IMG/VR virus record: IMGVR_UViG_3300050015_000276
Coordinates: 1 to 64,000 of that record
Strand: one strand, 5' to 3'
Length of the DNA stretch: 64,000 nt
Origin: a virus
Shown here: positions 8,901-17,761 of the stretch, piece by piece
How the letters are laid out: each line of letters starts with the position of its first letter
Position numbering within the stretch: position 1 is the stretch's first letter
Translations under genes and position numbers: made by a program
Notes under the pieces: model-generated
The model's input: the letters and a program-made list of their open reading frames with translations, nothing else
What the model was told of the DNA's origin: nothing
Database searches by the model: none

Positions 8901-9881
8901 ATGTCCTTCTCTTCTTATAAAAAGTCACGCACAGATCTCACCAACCTAAACAAGAAAGTCGATGAGATTGCCGCAAGTTCAAATAAATATTCCAAAGATT
9001 CACGTTTCTGGAAACCTACTGTTGGTAAAGATGGTTGCGGATCGGCACGAATTAGATTCCTACCTGCCGCAGAAGGCGAAGACCTTCCTTGGGTTCAATA
9101 TCACGAACATAATTTTAATGTTGATGGTTCATATTTTGTTAATTTATGCCCAACCACATTAGGACGCGAATGTCCAGTATGTAAGGCAAATGGAGTATTA
9201 TGGAAGACTGAAATTGATGAAAATCAAAAAATTGTCCGAGATCGTAAGCGCAAGTTAGTTTATGTTTCTAATATCCTTGTTCTTAAGGATAAAGAAGCGG
9301 CCGAAAATGAAGGTAAGGTATTTCTATACCAATTTGGCCAAAAGATCTTCGAGAAGATTAAGATGGCATTAAAGCCAAAAGACGAAGAAGATCCCGCAGT
9401 TAACGTATTTGACTTTTGGGATGGCGCCGACTTCTCATTAGAAATCAAGAAAGTGGCCGGTTATCGGAATTATGATGATAGTAAATTCCGTGCACCTTCC
9501 GCATTACTTGGTGGTGACGATAAAGAACTTGAGAAGATCTTTAAGCAATTATATCCATTACAACCTTTTGTCGCCGAAACAAAGTTTAAGACTTACGAAG
9601 AGTTGGAGAAGAAGTTTAATGAAGTGGTTTCTGGAGTAAGAGGAAAGATTCAAAAGAAAGCTGATGAATTGTTTGCTGATGCTGCTCCAGTGGCTATTCC
9701 TGAAAAGAAAGTTGAACGGAAACCAAAAACAGAAGAGGAAGTAACGCCACCTTGGACCTCCTCAGAAAAGTCAACGCGTAAACCAAAAGTGACTAAATCA
9801 AAGCCAGCAGTTGTTGAGGAAGATATTCCTCTTGAAGATGATACTTTAAATTATTACGAACAATTGGCATCCGAAGATTAA
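8901..9881 (+). CDS. gp32: Single-stranded DNA-binding protein gp32
   Basis: DSRFWKP...GSARIRFLPA, CPTTLGRECPVCKAN Zn site, EGKVFLYQFGQKIFEKI, FDFWDGADF, acidic tail DDTLNYYEQLASED; ATG 8901 preferred. Confidence 0.96.
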   Translation: MSFSSYKKSRTDLTNLNKKVDEIAASSNKYSKDSRFWKPTVGKDGCGSARIRFLPAAEGEDLPWVQYHEHNFNVDGSYFVNLCPTTLGRECPVCKANGVLWKTEIDENQKIVRDRKRKLVYVSNILVLKDKEAAENEGKVFLYQFGQKIFEKIKMALKPKDEEDPAVNVFDFWDGADFSLEIKKVAGYRNYDDSKFRAPSALLGGDDKELEKIFKQLYPLQPFVAETKFKTYEELEKKFNEVVSGVRGKIQKKADELFADAAPVAIPEKKVERKPKTEEEVTPPWTSSEKSTRKPKVTKSKPAVVEEDIPLEDDTLNYYEQLASED

Positions 9882-9893
9882 AGATCATTATTT

Positions 9894-10124
9894 ATGAATA
9901 ACTTTGAACCGTTTTCGACTGAATGGTTTGACGAGGAACAAAAACAACCATTTTCTTTGTTTAAGAGAACATCACCTGAAGGTAAAGTAACTATAAGAAT
10001 TAGTAAAAATTATCAAGGAAATCCTAATAAACTCAATGAATTTAGTATGGAATATGATCCTAAATTTTTGAAAGAAACATTAACTTGGATGAAAGAAAAA
10101 GATTATACTGTTTTTGAAAGTTAA
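9894..10124 (+). CDS. Hypothetical protein
   Basis: 76-aa ORF before the terminator. Confidence 0.5.
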   Translation: MNNFEPFSTEWFDEEQKQPFSLFKRTSPEGKVTIRISKNYQGNPNKLNEFSMEYDPKFLKETLTWMKEKDYTVFES

Positions 10125-10133
10125 TCCATAAAC

Positions 10134-10172
10134 AAAAAGAGCTACCCAGAAGAAATTCAGGTAGCTCTTTTT
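10134..10172. terminator. Bidirectional rho-independent terminator between convergent units
   Basis: AAAAAGAGCTACC / GGTAGCTCTTTTT 13-bp stem. Confidence 0.85.
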
Positions 10173-10274
10173 GCATTTTAAATGACGTTTTAAGCGTTTA
10201 CCCTAGTCTACCCCCACCCCACAGTCTACGATGCAACCTACCCCGCTAGGATCGTCAAGAATCGTGCTTTTAAA

Positions 10275-12971
10275 TTACGTATTGACACTGTTTCGGCCTC
10301 TTGTATCTCGAACCGTGTTATCATGATTGCGAGGTGTGGTAGTTGATGCAATAACGTTAGTGTGGTTTACTTGAGTATTGCTAGGTGCATTTACCACGTT
10401 TGTATTTTTGCTACTGTTTTGTTCCGCTTTTTTATCCTCTATTTGACTATTGGTAGACAAAAGATTCTGTCCGGTATTTGGAGAAGTTTTGGGTGCCATT
10501 GCTACTTGTGCATCTTTATCAAATGCCAAAGCTTCAGAATTTCTCCTTTTCGCTAAAACAGAATTAAATTCAGGCTTTCCTTGTTTGTTTTTAGAATTCA
10601 CATATTCTTGTATTTTGGCCGCAGCTTCTTTATTAGAATTTGGTCCGCCAGCATTTAATATTTCTGCCACTTTTGGTTTTGATTTTGAATCTGCTAATTC
10701 TTTTTTGCTACGAGTCAAGACTCCAGGTCCTAAATTGTAAGACATATCTACAAGAGAATCAAATTGTTCTTGCGTCAATGGTACTTTAATAGCTTTATTT
10801 ACAGCATCTTCATATTTTATAATGTCTTTTTTAAGCAATTCAATTGCTTGAGGTTTTGACAGGGATTTTAAATTTTCACCAGGTTGAATTTGATGACCAA
10901 ATCCAATTGACCAATGATCTGATCCTGGAGGATCATTGTATGGTTCGGTTGCATATCCTTCAGAATTTGTTAAATTTTTAAATGCTTCGGGACTCATTTT
11001 CATTTTTGTACTTGCCTTTTTCATTACCGGATTAGATTCTTTTGAAATTTCAGATATCGGTGGTGCCGGAATATTAGATTCTAAATTTGTTGCACTTGCA
11101 GGAGACGAAATAGGATTTGCAGAATTCACACCTGGTGACATAACTGGTGCAACTGGTGGTTTAACTGCTTCAGAAAAATTGGACACTTTAGGTGAAGTCG
11201 GAACTTTTTGTTCTTTCTTTTTATCTTCATGTTGGTCTTTTTCTTCTTTTTTGAAAGTTTTTTTAGCAATATTAGGGTAATGTATTGCTACCCAATCTCT
11301 AAATGATGCTCCGCCTGTTTTATCATTTTTAGCAAAAGCATCAAATGTTTCTGATACTTTACCAAACCAATTTTGATAAGGCATATACCAAGGTTTTTTA
11401 ACATCTACTCCCTGATCGTATAAAAATTCAGATTCTAAATCTGCCCATTCTTCTTGCGAAACTCCATTTACTTTCTTATCTTTTCCATATATTTTTGAGA
11501 AAGCAGATCGATCAATCAATTTTAAAGCGGTAAGTCCACCCATCGCGGCCGCGCCCAATCCAAGCCATGCACTACTTCCTGCGCCGGCCGCTCCTTCAGC
11601 AAGACCTCCAAGGCCTCCAGTGGCTTCTGCACCACCTACCGCCGCTTCTGCACCACCAGCAACGCCTTCACCCGCACCGCCTTTACCACCTTTAAAAAGA
11701 TTCGTAACTTTCTTTAATATACCACCGCCACTTTTATTTTTTTGTAAAGCCTTAGGTGTTATAGAATTTCCAGGTTCTAATAATTTAGGAGTTTCTCCAC
11801 TATTATCACTTCCTTTTTGTTCTTGTAATTCTTCATTTTTATCAATATCTTCTTTATGCCATTTAGTTAATTGTGAACCAATATTAACAATAACTTCTTG
11901 TAAATCTCCAAGATTTGTTTTTAATGTAGAGTTAACTTCTTCAATTCCACCTAATAATTTTGGTTCACCAGGAATAGTATTTTCTTTTGGTTCAGGTGTA
12001 TTATTAATTCCACCAAAACCTGCAATTACTCCTGCCTGTTTAGGAACTAAATTTCCTTCATCATAACCTTTAAGAAATTGTCCCTTTGGTCCGCGTTTTC
12101 TTTGTAATTTGCCAGGACCTAATAATTTAGGAGCATTCTGCTGTGCTACCCAATCAGCCGGAGGATCAGTAACAATTGGTGGAGGTGGAGTAACAATCGG
12201 TTCGTCTTTTTTACGTTCAGGTGCACCTAAAATTTCTTTTAGTAGTTCAGCTTGTTCTTCCTGTTTTTTGCGTGTTTCTTCTGCCGAAACCATTCGTGGT
12301 TCATAATTCGTTGGTGGTCTTGGAGGTTTGGCATCATACTTAGTATAGTTACGACCCGCGTAATCCTGATTACCAACATCTTCGTATTCACCAGTTTTAA
12401 TATTGTCTTCAGATTGTTTCGGTTCATCTGGTGTGAAAGTTTCTGGAGTGACCTTTTCAGGCTTCTTCTTTTTTTCTTTCTCCGGTTTTGATTCCCGTTC
12501 TTCTTGTTCTTTACGGCGCTTTCTTTTTCGAGGAGAAACTATTTCTTCAACATCATCGGAATCAAATATTCTTTTACCTTTTCTACGTTTTCTTTTTTTG
12601 AAAAGTTGTTCAGGAGAATTATCTTCACGCATCTTTAATAATTTGTCTCTTTGTTTAATCAAGAAGGCAAATTGATTCTGAGCATCCAATAATCCTTTTT
12701 TTGCTTTTTCTGTTTTTTTCTTATCAAGAAGAAATTTAATTCCTAGACCAATAAGAGGAGCCTTAGATGTAAATGCATCTATCATATCTTCGGCGCCATA
12801 ACCGTGACGTTCCAAAAAAGATCCAGTTTTATTGGATGTCTTTTTACTAGATTTTGAATCGAGAGATTTTTGACTATCGGCTAATTGTCTAGCAAGTTTT
12901 TTAATTTCAATATTAAGAATTTTAATATCTCGCCGAATTAAAATTGGTTCGCCAGGATTATTTTCAGGCAT
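10275..12971 (-). CDS. Tape-measure/baseplate-hub (gp29-like) protein with C-terminal GH24 lysozyme domain
   Basis: 898 aa, K/E-rich low-complexity body, Gly/Ala-rich segment, LTNSEGYATEPYND..WSIGFGH and LTQEQFDSLVDMSYNLG; follows gp26-gp51. Confidence 0.75.
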   Translation of the reverse strand: MPENNPGEPILIRRDIKILNIEIKKLARQLADSQKSLDSKSSKKTSNKTGSFLERHGYGAEDMIDAFTSKAPLIGLGIKFLLDKKKTEKAKKGLLDAQNQFAFLIKQRDKLLKMREDNSPEQLFKKRKRRKGKRIFDSDDVEEIVSPRKRKRRKEQEERESKPEKEKKKKPEKVTPETFTPDEPKQSEDNIKTGEYEDVGNQDYAGRNYTKYDAKPPRPPTNYEPRMVSAEETRKKQEEQAELLKEILGAPERKKDEPIVTPPPPIVTDPPADWVAQQNAPKLLGPGKLQRKRGPKGQFLKGYDEGNLVPKQAGVIAGFGGINNTPEPKENTIPGEPKLLGGIEEVNSTLKTNLGDLQEVIVNIGSQLTKWHKEDIDKNEELQEQKGSDNSGETPKLLEPGNSITPKALQKNKSGGGILKKVTNLFKGGKGGAGEGVAGGAEAAVGGAEATGGLGGLAEGAAGAGSSAWLGLGAAAMGGLTALKLIDRSAFSKIYGKDKKVNGVSQEEWADLESEFLYDQGVDVKKPWYMPYQNWFGKVSETFDAFAKNDKTGGASFRDWVAIHYPNIAKKTFKKEEKDQHEDKKKEQKVPTSPKVSNFSEAVKPPVAPVMSPGVNSANPISSPASATNLESNIPAPPISEISKESNPVMKKASTKMKMSPEAFKNLTNSEGYATEPYNDPPGSDHWSIGFGHQIQPGENLKSLSKPQAIELLKKDIIKYEDAVNKAIKVPLTQEQFDSLVDMSYNLGPGVLTRSKKELADSKSKPKVAEILNAGGPNSNKEAAAKIQEYVNSKNKQGKPEFNSVLAKRRNSEALAFDKDAQVAMAPKTSPNTGQNLLSTNSQIEDKKAEQNSSKNTNVVNAPSNTQVNHTNVIASTTTPRNHDNTVRDTRGRNSVNT

Positions 12972-12987
12972 TTAAATTTCCTCTAAT

Positions 12988-13281
12988 TTATTTTACTTCT
13001 GTAGATTCGACCACTGCCTTGATATCTTTTATATCGGATTGAGCCTTTAATGTGGCTTGTGTTGCTTTACGCTTGGCTCTTTCATTTTCATATTCGCTAA
13101 CTTTCCTTGCACTAACAAATGTAGTCAAAGCTGTCGCAAATTCTTGCCAAACTTTCTCTTGGTTTCTCATTATGCCAATAAATATGAAAGAAGTGAATAC
13201 TAAAACAATAGCACCTGAAAGAGAAAATCCATCTAGGAAATGTGACCACCAATTATTGTATCTGTCATCAGGATTTGTCAT
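12988..13281 (-). CDS. Small membrane protein (holin-like possible)
   Basis: One strong TM segment, basic C-terminus; ATGA-coupled to the gp51 stop. Confidence 0.55.
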   Translation of the reverse strand: MTNPDDRYNNWWSHFLDGFSLSGAIVLVFTSFIFIGIMRNQEKVWQEFATALTTFVSARKVSEYENERAKRKATQATLKAQSDIKDIKAVVESTEVK

Positions 13282-13463
13282 CGCCTATTGATCCTTTCAT
13301 TTTCATCTTTGGCAAACTTATTCACAAGTTCTACATAGATCGCACGTTCCCATGGTATCATTTCTTCCAACTCAGTCAATGAGTACTTATAATGTAACAT
13401 CATTGCATGATTTGTTAGCATCAAATTTCCAAGAGATTCATGGCGGAGTCCGAGGCTAAAAAA
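13278..13463 (-). CDS. gp51: gp51-like baseplate hub assembly protein; frame has no start codon before its N-terminal HESL motif
   Basis: Not in the ORF track; -1 frame reads FFSLGLRHESLGNLMLTNHAMMLHYKYSLTELEEMIPWERAIYVELV, matching the HKYSLTELE.MIPWER.IY signature. Confidence 0.85.
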   Translation of the reverse strand, partial: FFSLGLRHESLGNLMLTNHAMMLHYKYSLTELEEMIPWERAIYVELVNKFAKDENERINRR

Positions 13464-14218
13464 CTTCTTGTTCCTTCAATGATAATATCAGCTTCATGTT
13501 TGCATTTTGGACATTTAAAATGCACTTCATGCCTAATAACTGGTAAGGTTTCAAAGAATTTCATAATCTTAGTAAATTGAGGTTGAGAAAGAGATTCTAA
13601 AAATGTTTTCAATTCCTCATTATCCATATATTCTTTTTCATAGGTATTACCCTTACCATCATAAATCATTTCTACGCATGATTGAATGAGAGCAAAAGAT
13701 TCATCCATATCATTACTTTCCAATACCGAATTTAAAGTTCGAAAGATTTCAAATGTTGGATATTTCATAATAATTCCAATACCATCTTGTAATTCAATTT
13801 TTGGATTATTTTCTGGATCTCTCTTTACTTCAATTTTATCTAAATTAACGGGAACATTAACAGTTACTCCGCAATAATCGCGTTTATTGCCTTCTTGGTC
13901 TTCAATTGTTTCTCCTGCGGGTAATTTATTACGACATTCGAAAGGAATGGTAACAATTTCTTCTACAGATTTACTTCGAAGTTTTAACCAAATATAATCA
14001 ATATCAAATACTGGTAATTTTTCAACATCTAAATTTCCAGAAAGAAGACAATTATTAATAACTTGTCGTAATGCTCTAATTTGGGCTTCGACATCATCAT
14101 CTACAGCAATCAAAAGTAATTTTTCTTCTTTGACTGTAAATGGTCTGTAAATAATCTGTTTTCCATTAGAAGGAAGTGTTAATGTATATTGTGGCGTATT
14201 AATCTTTGGTAATGACAT
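13421..14218 (-). CDS. gp26: Baseplate hub/tail assembly protein gp26
   Basis: MSLPKINTPQYTLTLPS...YRPFTVKEEK.LL, FDIDYIWLKLRSKSVEE, KFFETLP, CPKC. Confidence 0.92.
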   Translation of the reverse strand: MSLPKINTPQYTLTLPSNGKQIIYRPFTVKEEKLLLIAVDDDVEAQIRALRQVINNCLLSGNLDVEKLPVFDIDYIWLKLRSKSVEEIVTIPFECRNKLPAGETIEDQEGNKRDYCGVTVNVPVNLDKIEVKRDPENNPKIELQDGIGIIMKYPTFEIFRTLNSVLESNDMDESFALIQSCVEMIYDGKGNTYEKEYMDNEELKTFLESLSQPQFTKIMKFFETLPVIRHEVHFKCPKCKHEADIIIEGTRSFLASDSAMNLLEI

Positions 14219-14221
14219 ATT

Positions 14222-14962
14222 CTATTGCTCTTTTTGTGGACGTATTGTTGATTCGAATCCGGCAGGTGTTCCACCAGAAGATTCTATTGTTGTTGGTGTT
14301 CCTGAATTAATTCTCAGGTTCACCCATTTACGAAATGTAAAAGTAATTGGCAGAACATGAAATGTATTCATTATTCCATATTCTAAATGTAACTCGCCTA
14401 TTTCTTTTGGCCAGCACTGAAAAAACCTAACCCCATATGTTGCCTTGTCTGCTTCATCTAATTGATAAACATCCATTGTTGTTGCATAATCTGCAACATA
14501 ATTGAAATCAGATGTTTCTGGATCTTGGATTGTATACGACCATGCATCGAAAAAATGCTTTTCTACCATATCTCTTCCAACCATAAAAGATAACGTGGTA
14601 TTTGTATACACATCAACAAATGGAATATCAAAATATGCTCCGTAAGTTTTTACAGAATTAGTATTGAATGATTTGCCTGGTAAATCTGCCTTGTTACACA
14701 TAAAGTCAAGCCGATTGGGAATATCACTTTCAGCTATATCCATCACTTCAAAATAATTAGAAGGTAATCCTTGAGATTGTGTATTACTTCCATTTAATTG
14801 CGACTGTTGTTGTGCCGCATGTATTTGCTGTAGTGTTAAATTATTATTTTGATTTATTATGGAAGAAATATTTGGCGGTACAATTTGTACGGCAAAGCGA
14901 TTAGGTCTAGCCAATCCACCAGCTTTGGTAATTTGTGAAATGAGATCTTGTATTTTTGCCAT
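14222..14962 (-). CDS. Tail tube initiator, gp54-like (gp19 fold)
   Basis: GGLARPNRFAV, CNKADLPGK, FFDAW, YQLD, CWPKEIG; between gp2 and gp26. Confidence 0.8.
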   Translation of the reverse strand: MAKIQDLISQITKAGGLARPNRFAVQIVPPNISSIINQNNNLTLQQIHAAQQQSQLNGSNTQSQGLPSNYFEVMDIAESDIPNRLDFMCNKADLPGKSFNTNSVKTYGAYFDIPFVDVYTNTTLSFMVGRDMVEKHFFDAWSYTIQDPETSDFNYVADYATTMDVYQLDEADKATYGVRFFQCWPKEIGELHLEYGIMNTFHVLPITFTFRKWVNLRINSGTPTTIESSGGTPAGFESTIRPQKEQ

Positions 14963-14963
14963 A

Positions 14964-15692
14964 TTAACTCTTTGTTGGTGCGCCATTACTTGGAGCTACT
15001 TTAGATGCTGTTGAAGTTCTCTGAGAATTTTTTGGTAAACCGGTATTACCTATTGTCGATTTATTTCCGGAAATAATTTCATCAGAATGATTCCATACGG
15101 CCGTTTTTGATTTCTTGGCAAAATTCTCCACAGGAAGGAAAAGAGATATTTCCCAATCCGGAGCATCAATTTTAACAAGATTTGATGTTATGTGTTGTGG
15201 CAAATATTTATGAAAACAGGGTTTGAAAGCCTTAAATCTTGCCATACCTTTTAACATTTTATAAGACAGTTGTAATTTGGTTCTTTCATCTGTCAATTTA
15301 TTTGTGGCCAAGGTTGCTAACTCATGAAAAAGTAATAAACGTTGACGATATCCTAGATAATGAAAATTTATACCCATCAATGTTCCATCAGAACAAGGAC
15401 CAATAAAGAATACTAGAGGAAAACGATCATAAAAAGGAAGAGTCTTTTTTAACTTGGGATCATAGCAAAATAAATATAAACGACCTGGAAAATATTGAGA
15501 TCTAGACCTTGATGCGTCTGAAAGCATTTCTTTTCGTAATCCAGAACCACGCGAATAATGCGAATCGCCAGCAAAACCAGACAATTCTCGAATTTTATTT
15601 CGGTACCAGCGGATAGATTCTTCAATAGATTTTTGAAGAGGTTGTTTTTGCATAACCAACCTCACACGGTCAAGAATATTATTTTGTGGCAT
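14964..15692 (-). CDS. gp2: DNA end protector gp2
   Basis: GRLYLFCYDPKLKKTLPFYDRFPL, GINFHYL, W...FLPVENF. Confidence 0.92.
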   Translation of the reverse strand: MPQNNILDRVRLVMQKQPLQKSIEESIRWYRNKIRELSGFAGDSHYSRGSGLRKEMLSDASRSRSQYFPGRLYLFCYDPKLKKTLPFYDRFPLVFFIGPCSDGTLMGINFHYLGYRQRLLLFHELATLATNKLTDERTKLQLSYKMLKGMARFKAFKPCFHKYLPQHITSNLVKIDAPDWEISLFLPVENFAKKSKTAVWNHSDEIISGNKSTIGNTGLPKNSQRTSTASKVAPSNGAPTKS

Positions 15693-15709
15693 ATTGATAT
15701 TTATGGGGT

Positions 15710-16144
15710 TTATTTATAAATGTCATTTTCTGTCATAATACGCCATTCCCAACCTTTTGCTTTACAAAATGCCGCGGCAGCTTTCCATTTTGCAATATTA
15801 ACAGCATAAACCATACACTCAGCAAAATATTTTTTTGTTTTCCTTTTTGGTACTTTTGGAGGAATAGTTTGTCTTTGTGGTTTCACTTCTATCATTATAA
15901 TTTTTGTTTTATCATCTTTTGTTTTGGCATATATTACAAAATCCGGAAAATATTTGCGAATTTGATTATATCTAGGAGAAAAATAAGGAATTTGAATTTC
16001 CTCCGAACTCCATTTAAGTACCGCAAATGATGCATCGAAGTAACGCATCATTTTCCTTTCCCAACTAGATCTGTAAATTATCTTAGTTGGATCTCCAATA
16101 TATTTTTTTGGATTTGTAGGTTTATACTTTCCTGAATAGGCCAT
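15710..16144 (-). CDS. gp4: Head completion nuclease gp4 (TnsA-like)
   Basis: MAYSGKYKPTNPKKYIGDPTKIIYRSSWE, YFPDF, IEVKP, KWKAA. Confidence 0.93.
   Translation of the reverse strand: MAYSGKYKPTNPKKYIGDPTKIIYRSSWERKMMRYFDASFAVLKWSSEEIQIPYFSPRYNQIRKYFPDFVIYAKTKDDKTKIIMIEVKPQRQTIPPKVPKRKTKKYFAECMVYAVNIAKWKAAAAFCKAKGWEWRIMTENDIYK
15712..15719 (-). promoter_or_regulatory. T4-type late promoter upstream of gp2
   Basis: TATAAATA on the minus strand, 20 nt before the gp2 ATG. Confidence 0.75.
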
Positions 16145-16151
16145 ATAAATA
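16144..16151 (+). promoter_or_regulatory. T4-type late promoter upstream of gp48
   Basis: TATAAATA 16 nt before ATG; (C)ATAAATA/CTAAATA variants also precede gp5, fibre, GT, gp25, the 30080 gene and 35940. Confidence 0.75.
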
Positions 16152-16167
16152 TATATCAGAGACATCT

Positions 16168-17220
16168 ATGCCACTAACTTTTCCAACCGGCAATATTAAC
16201 GACCGACAAGGTGCGAGCAATCCATTAAATGCTCTTGAAAGTAACGGTTATAATGTTAGCAGTTTTACTTATCCAATTGATCTCACCGCAGATCCTGGCG
16301 AAAACCACATGGTGGTTTTTTATATTAATGAATCAATAAATACTCAATTCCAAACTGTAAGTTCCAACGGTGCAGTAAATAACAAAAGAAACGATTTCAC
16401 AGGAAAAGTATCTCCCGTTTCTATATCACCTTCAAATACTGGCACAGTTGTACCAGGAACTCAATTAGGAAGCAATGAACCTGCAAAGGCAACAATTAAT
16501 AGTCAAGATAATACGACAACTGCTAATTTTCGACCTATTAGCCGAGTCGCAACAACTATTGCACTTTATATTCCCCCAATGGTCCAAACATCATACCAAA
16601 CATCATGGGATACTGTTGAATTTGGAGCCGCTGGTGGTGTAGCAAAAGCAATGATGAACAAAGGCGGTCCTGATATTCTTAGAGCATTGGGTGAAGTAGG
16701 TATTGGATCAATGGCGGGTTTAGTAGAAAGTGGAAAAGATGCCGCTAAAAGTAAATTGGGAATGAATCTTGAATTGGAAGCTGGAGTATCTTTTGGAACT
16801 CGGGCCGTAAGAAATCCCAATACTGAAATGCTATTCAGATCAATTGGATTCCGCGAATATCAATTCGATTTTAAATTTACACCACGTTCTGAACAAGAAG
16901 CAAAAGCTGTCCAAAATATCATTAAAGCTTTTAAATTTTATTCAGCACCAGAAATTCGTGTTGGTGCAAATACTCCCAGATTCTATATCTGGCCTGCCGA
17001 ATTCGATATTGAATTTTGGAGTAATGGAAAACTAAATTCATTCATTAATAAGATTTCCACTTGCGCGTGCGTTGATGTTACGGTAGATTATACAGGCGCA
17101 GGAGAGTGGAGTGCATTGAGGCCTGGTGATATCAATGGAATGGGCGTGCAAACTAATCTTCTTTTGAAATTTAAAGAATTGGAAATTATCACAAAGAATC
17201 GGATACTTCAGGGGTTTTAG
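16168..17220 (+). CDS. gp48: Baseplate tail-tube cap gp48
   Basis: IALYIP, NPNTEMLFRSIGFREYQFDFKFTPRSEQEA..V.NIIKAFK, P.EFDIEF, F.ELEIITK. Confidence 0.9.
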   Translation: MPLTFPTGNINDRQGASNPLNALESNGYNVSSFTYPIDLTADPGENHMVVFYINESINTQFQTVSSNGAVNNKRNDFTGKVSPVSISPSNTGTVVPGTQLGSNEPAKATINSQDNTTTANFRPISRVATTIALYIPPMVQTSYQTSWDTVEFGAAGGVAKAMMNKGGPDILRALGEVGIGSMAGLVESGKDAAKSKLGMNLELEAGVSFGTRAVRNPNTEMLFRSIGFREYQFDFKFTPRSEQEAKAVQNIIKAFKFYSAPEIRVGANTPRFYIWPAEFDIEFWSNGKLNSFINKISTCACVDVTVDYTGAGEWSALRPGDINGMGVQTNLLLKFKELEIITKNRILQGF

Positions 17221-17229
17221 GAATAATAA

Positions 17230-17760
17230 ATGACACAATTTTTTACCAAATATCCAAAAATCACCTATGATATCGATGGTACTGGAACTAATACTCGGCT
17301 GATTATCGATATCATTCATCGAGCAAAATTCATTGATATTGTTAAGTCCAATTTGGTCATTTTTTATCCTTATCATGTCAAAGAAGGTGAAACTCCAGAG
17401 ATCATCGCTCATAAATTATATGGATCTTCTCAATATTATTGGGTAGTTTTGTTGTCAAATAATATTATGGATTTATGGAGAGATTGGCCTCTTTCGTATG
17501 ACCAGATGCAACAATATTTGATTCATCGCTACGGTTCAGTACCAACATCACAAACTACCATAGATCATCATGAGGATAAATTTGGCAATTTCATTGATCT
17601 GGCAACTTACAATAATACCTTTTCACAAGGAAGTACTATTGTGTATGCTGACCAATATGCCTTTAGGTTGAATGAAGAAAAGAAATTGATAACATTGCCA
17701 GATCCCAAATATGTGACTCAAATAGAGAACGAATTAGACCAATTTTTTGTGGTGAATTAA
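17230..17760 (+). CDS. gp53: Baseplate wedge gp53 (LysM-like)
   Basis: FFTKYPKITYD, Y.VKEGETPEIIAHKLYGSSQYYWVVLL.N, DWPL. Confidence 0.92.
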   Translation: MTQFFTKYPKITYDIDGTGTNTRLIIDIIHRAKFIDIVKSNLVIFYPYHVKEGETPEIIAHKLYGSSQYYWVVLLSNNIMDLWRDWPLSYDQMQQYLIHRYGSVPTSQTTIDHHEDKFGNFIDLATYNNTFSQGSTIVYADQYAFRLNEEKKLITLPDPKYVTQIENELDQFFVVN

Positions 17761-17761
17761 A

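Noticed and set aside
10362-12675. Several + strand ORFs (10362, 10450, 10936, 11620, 12109, 12252, 12403)
   Set aside because: Antisense shadows of the low-complexity 898-aa gene
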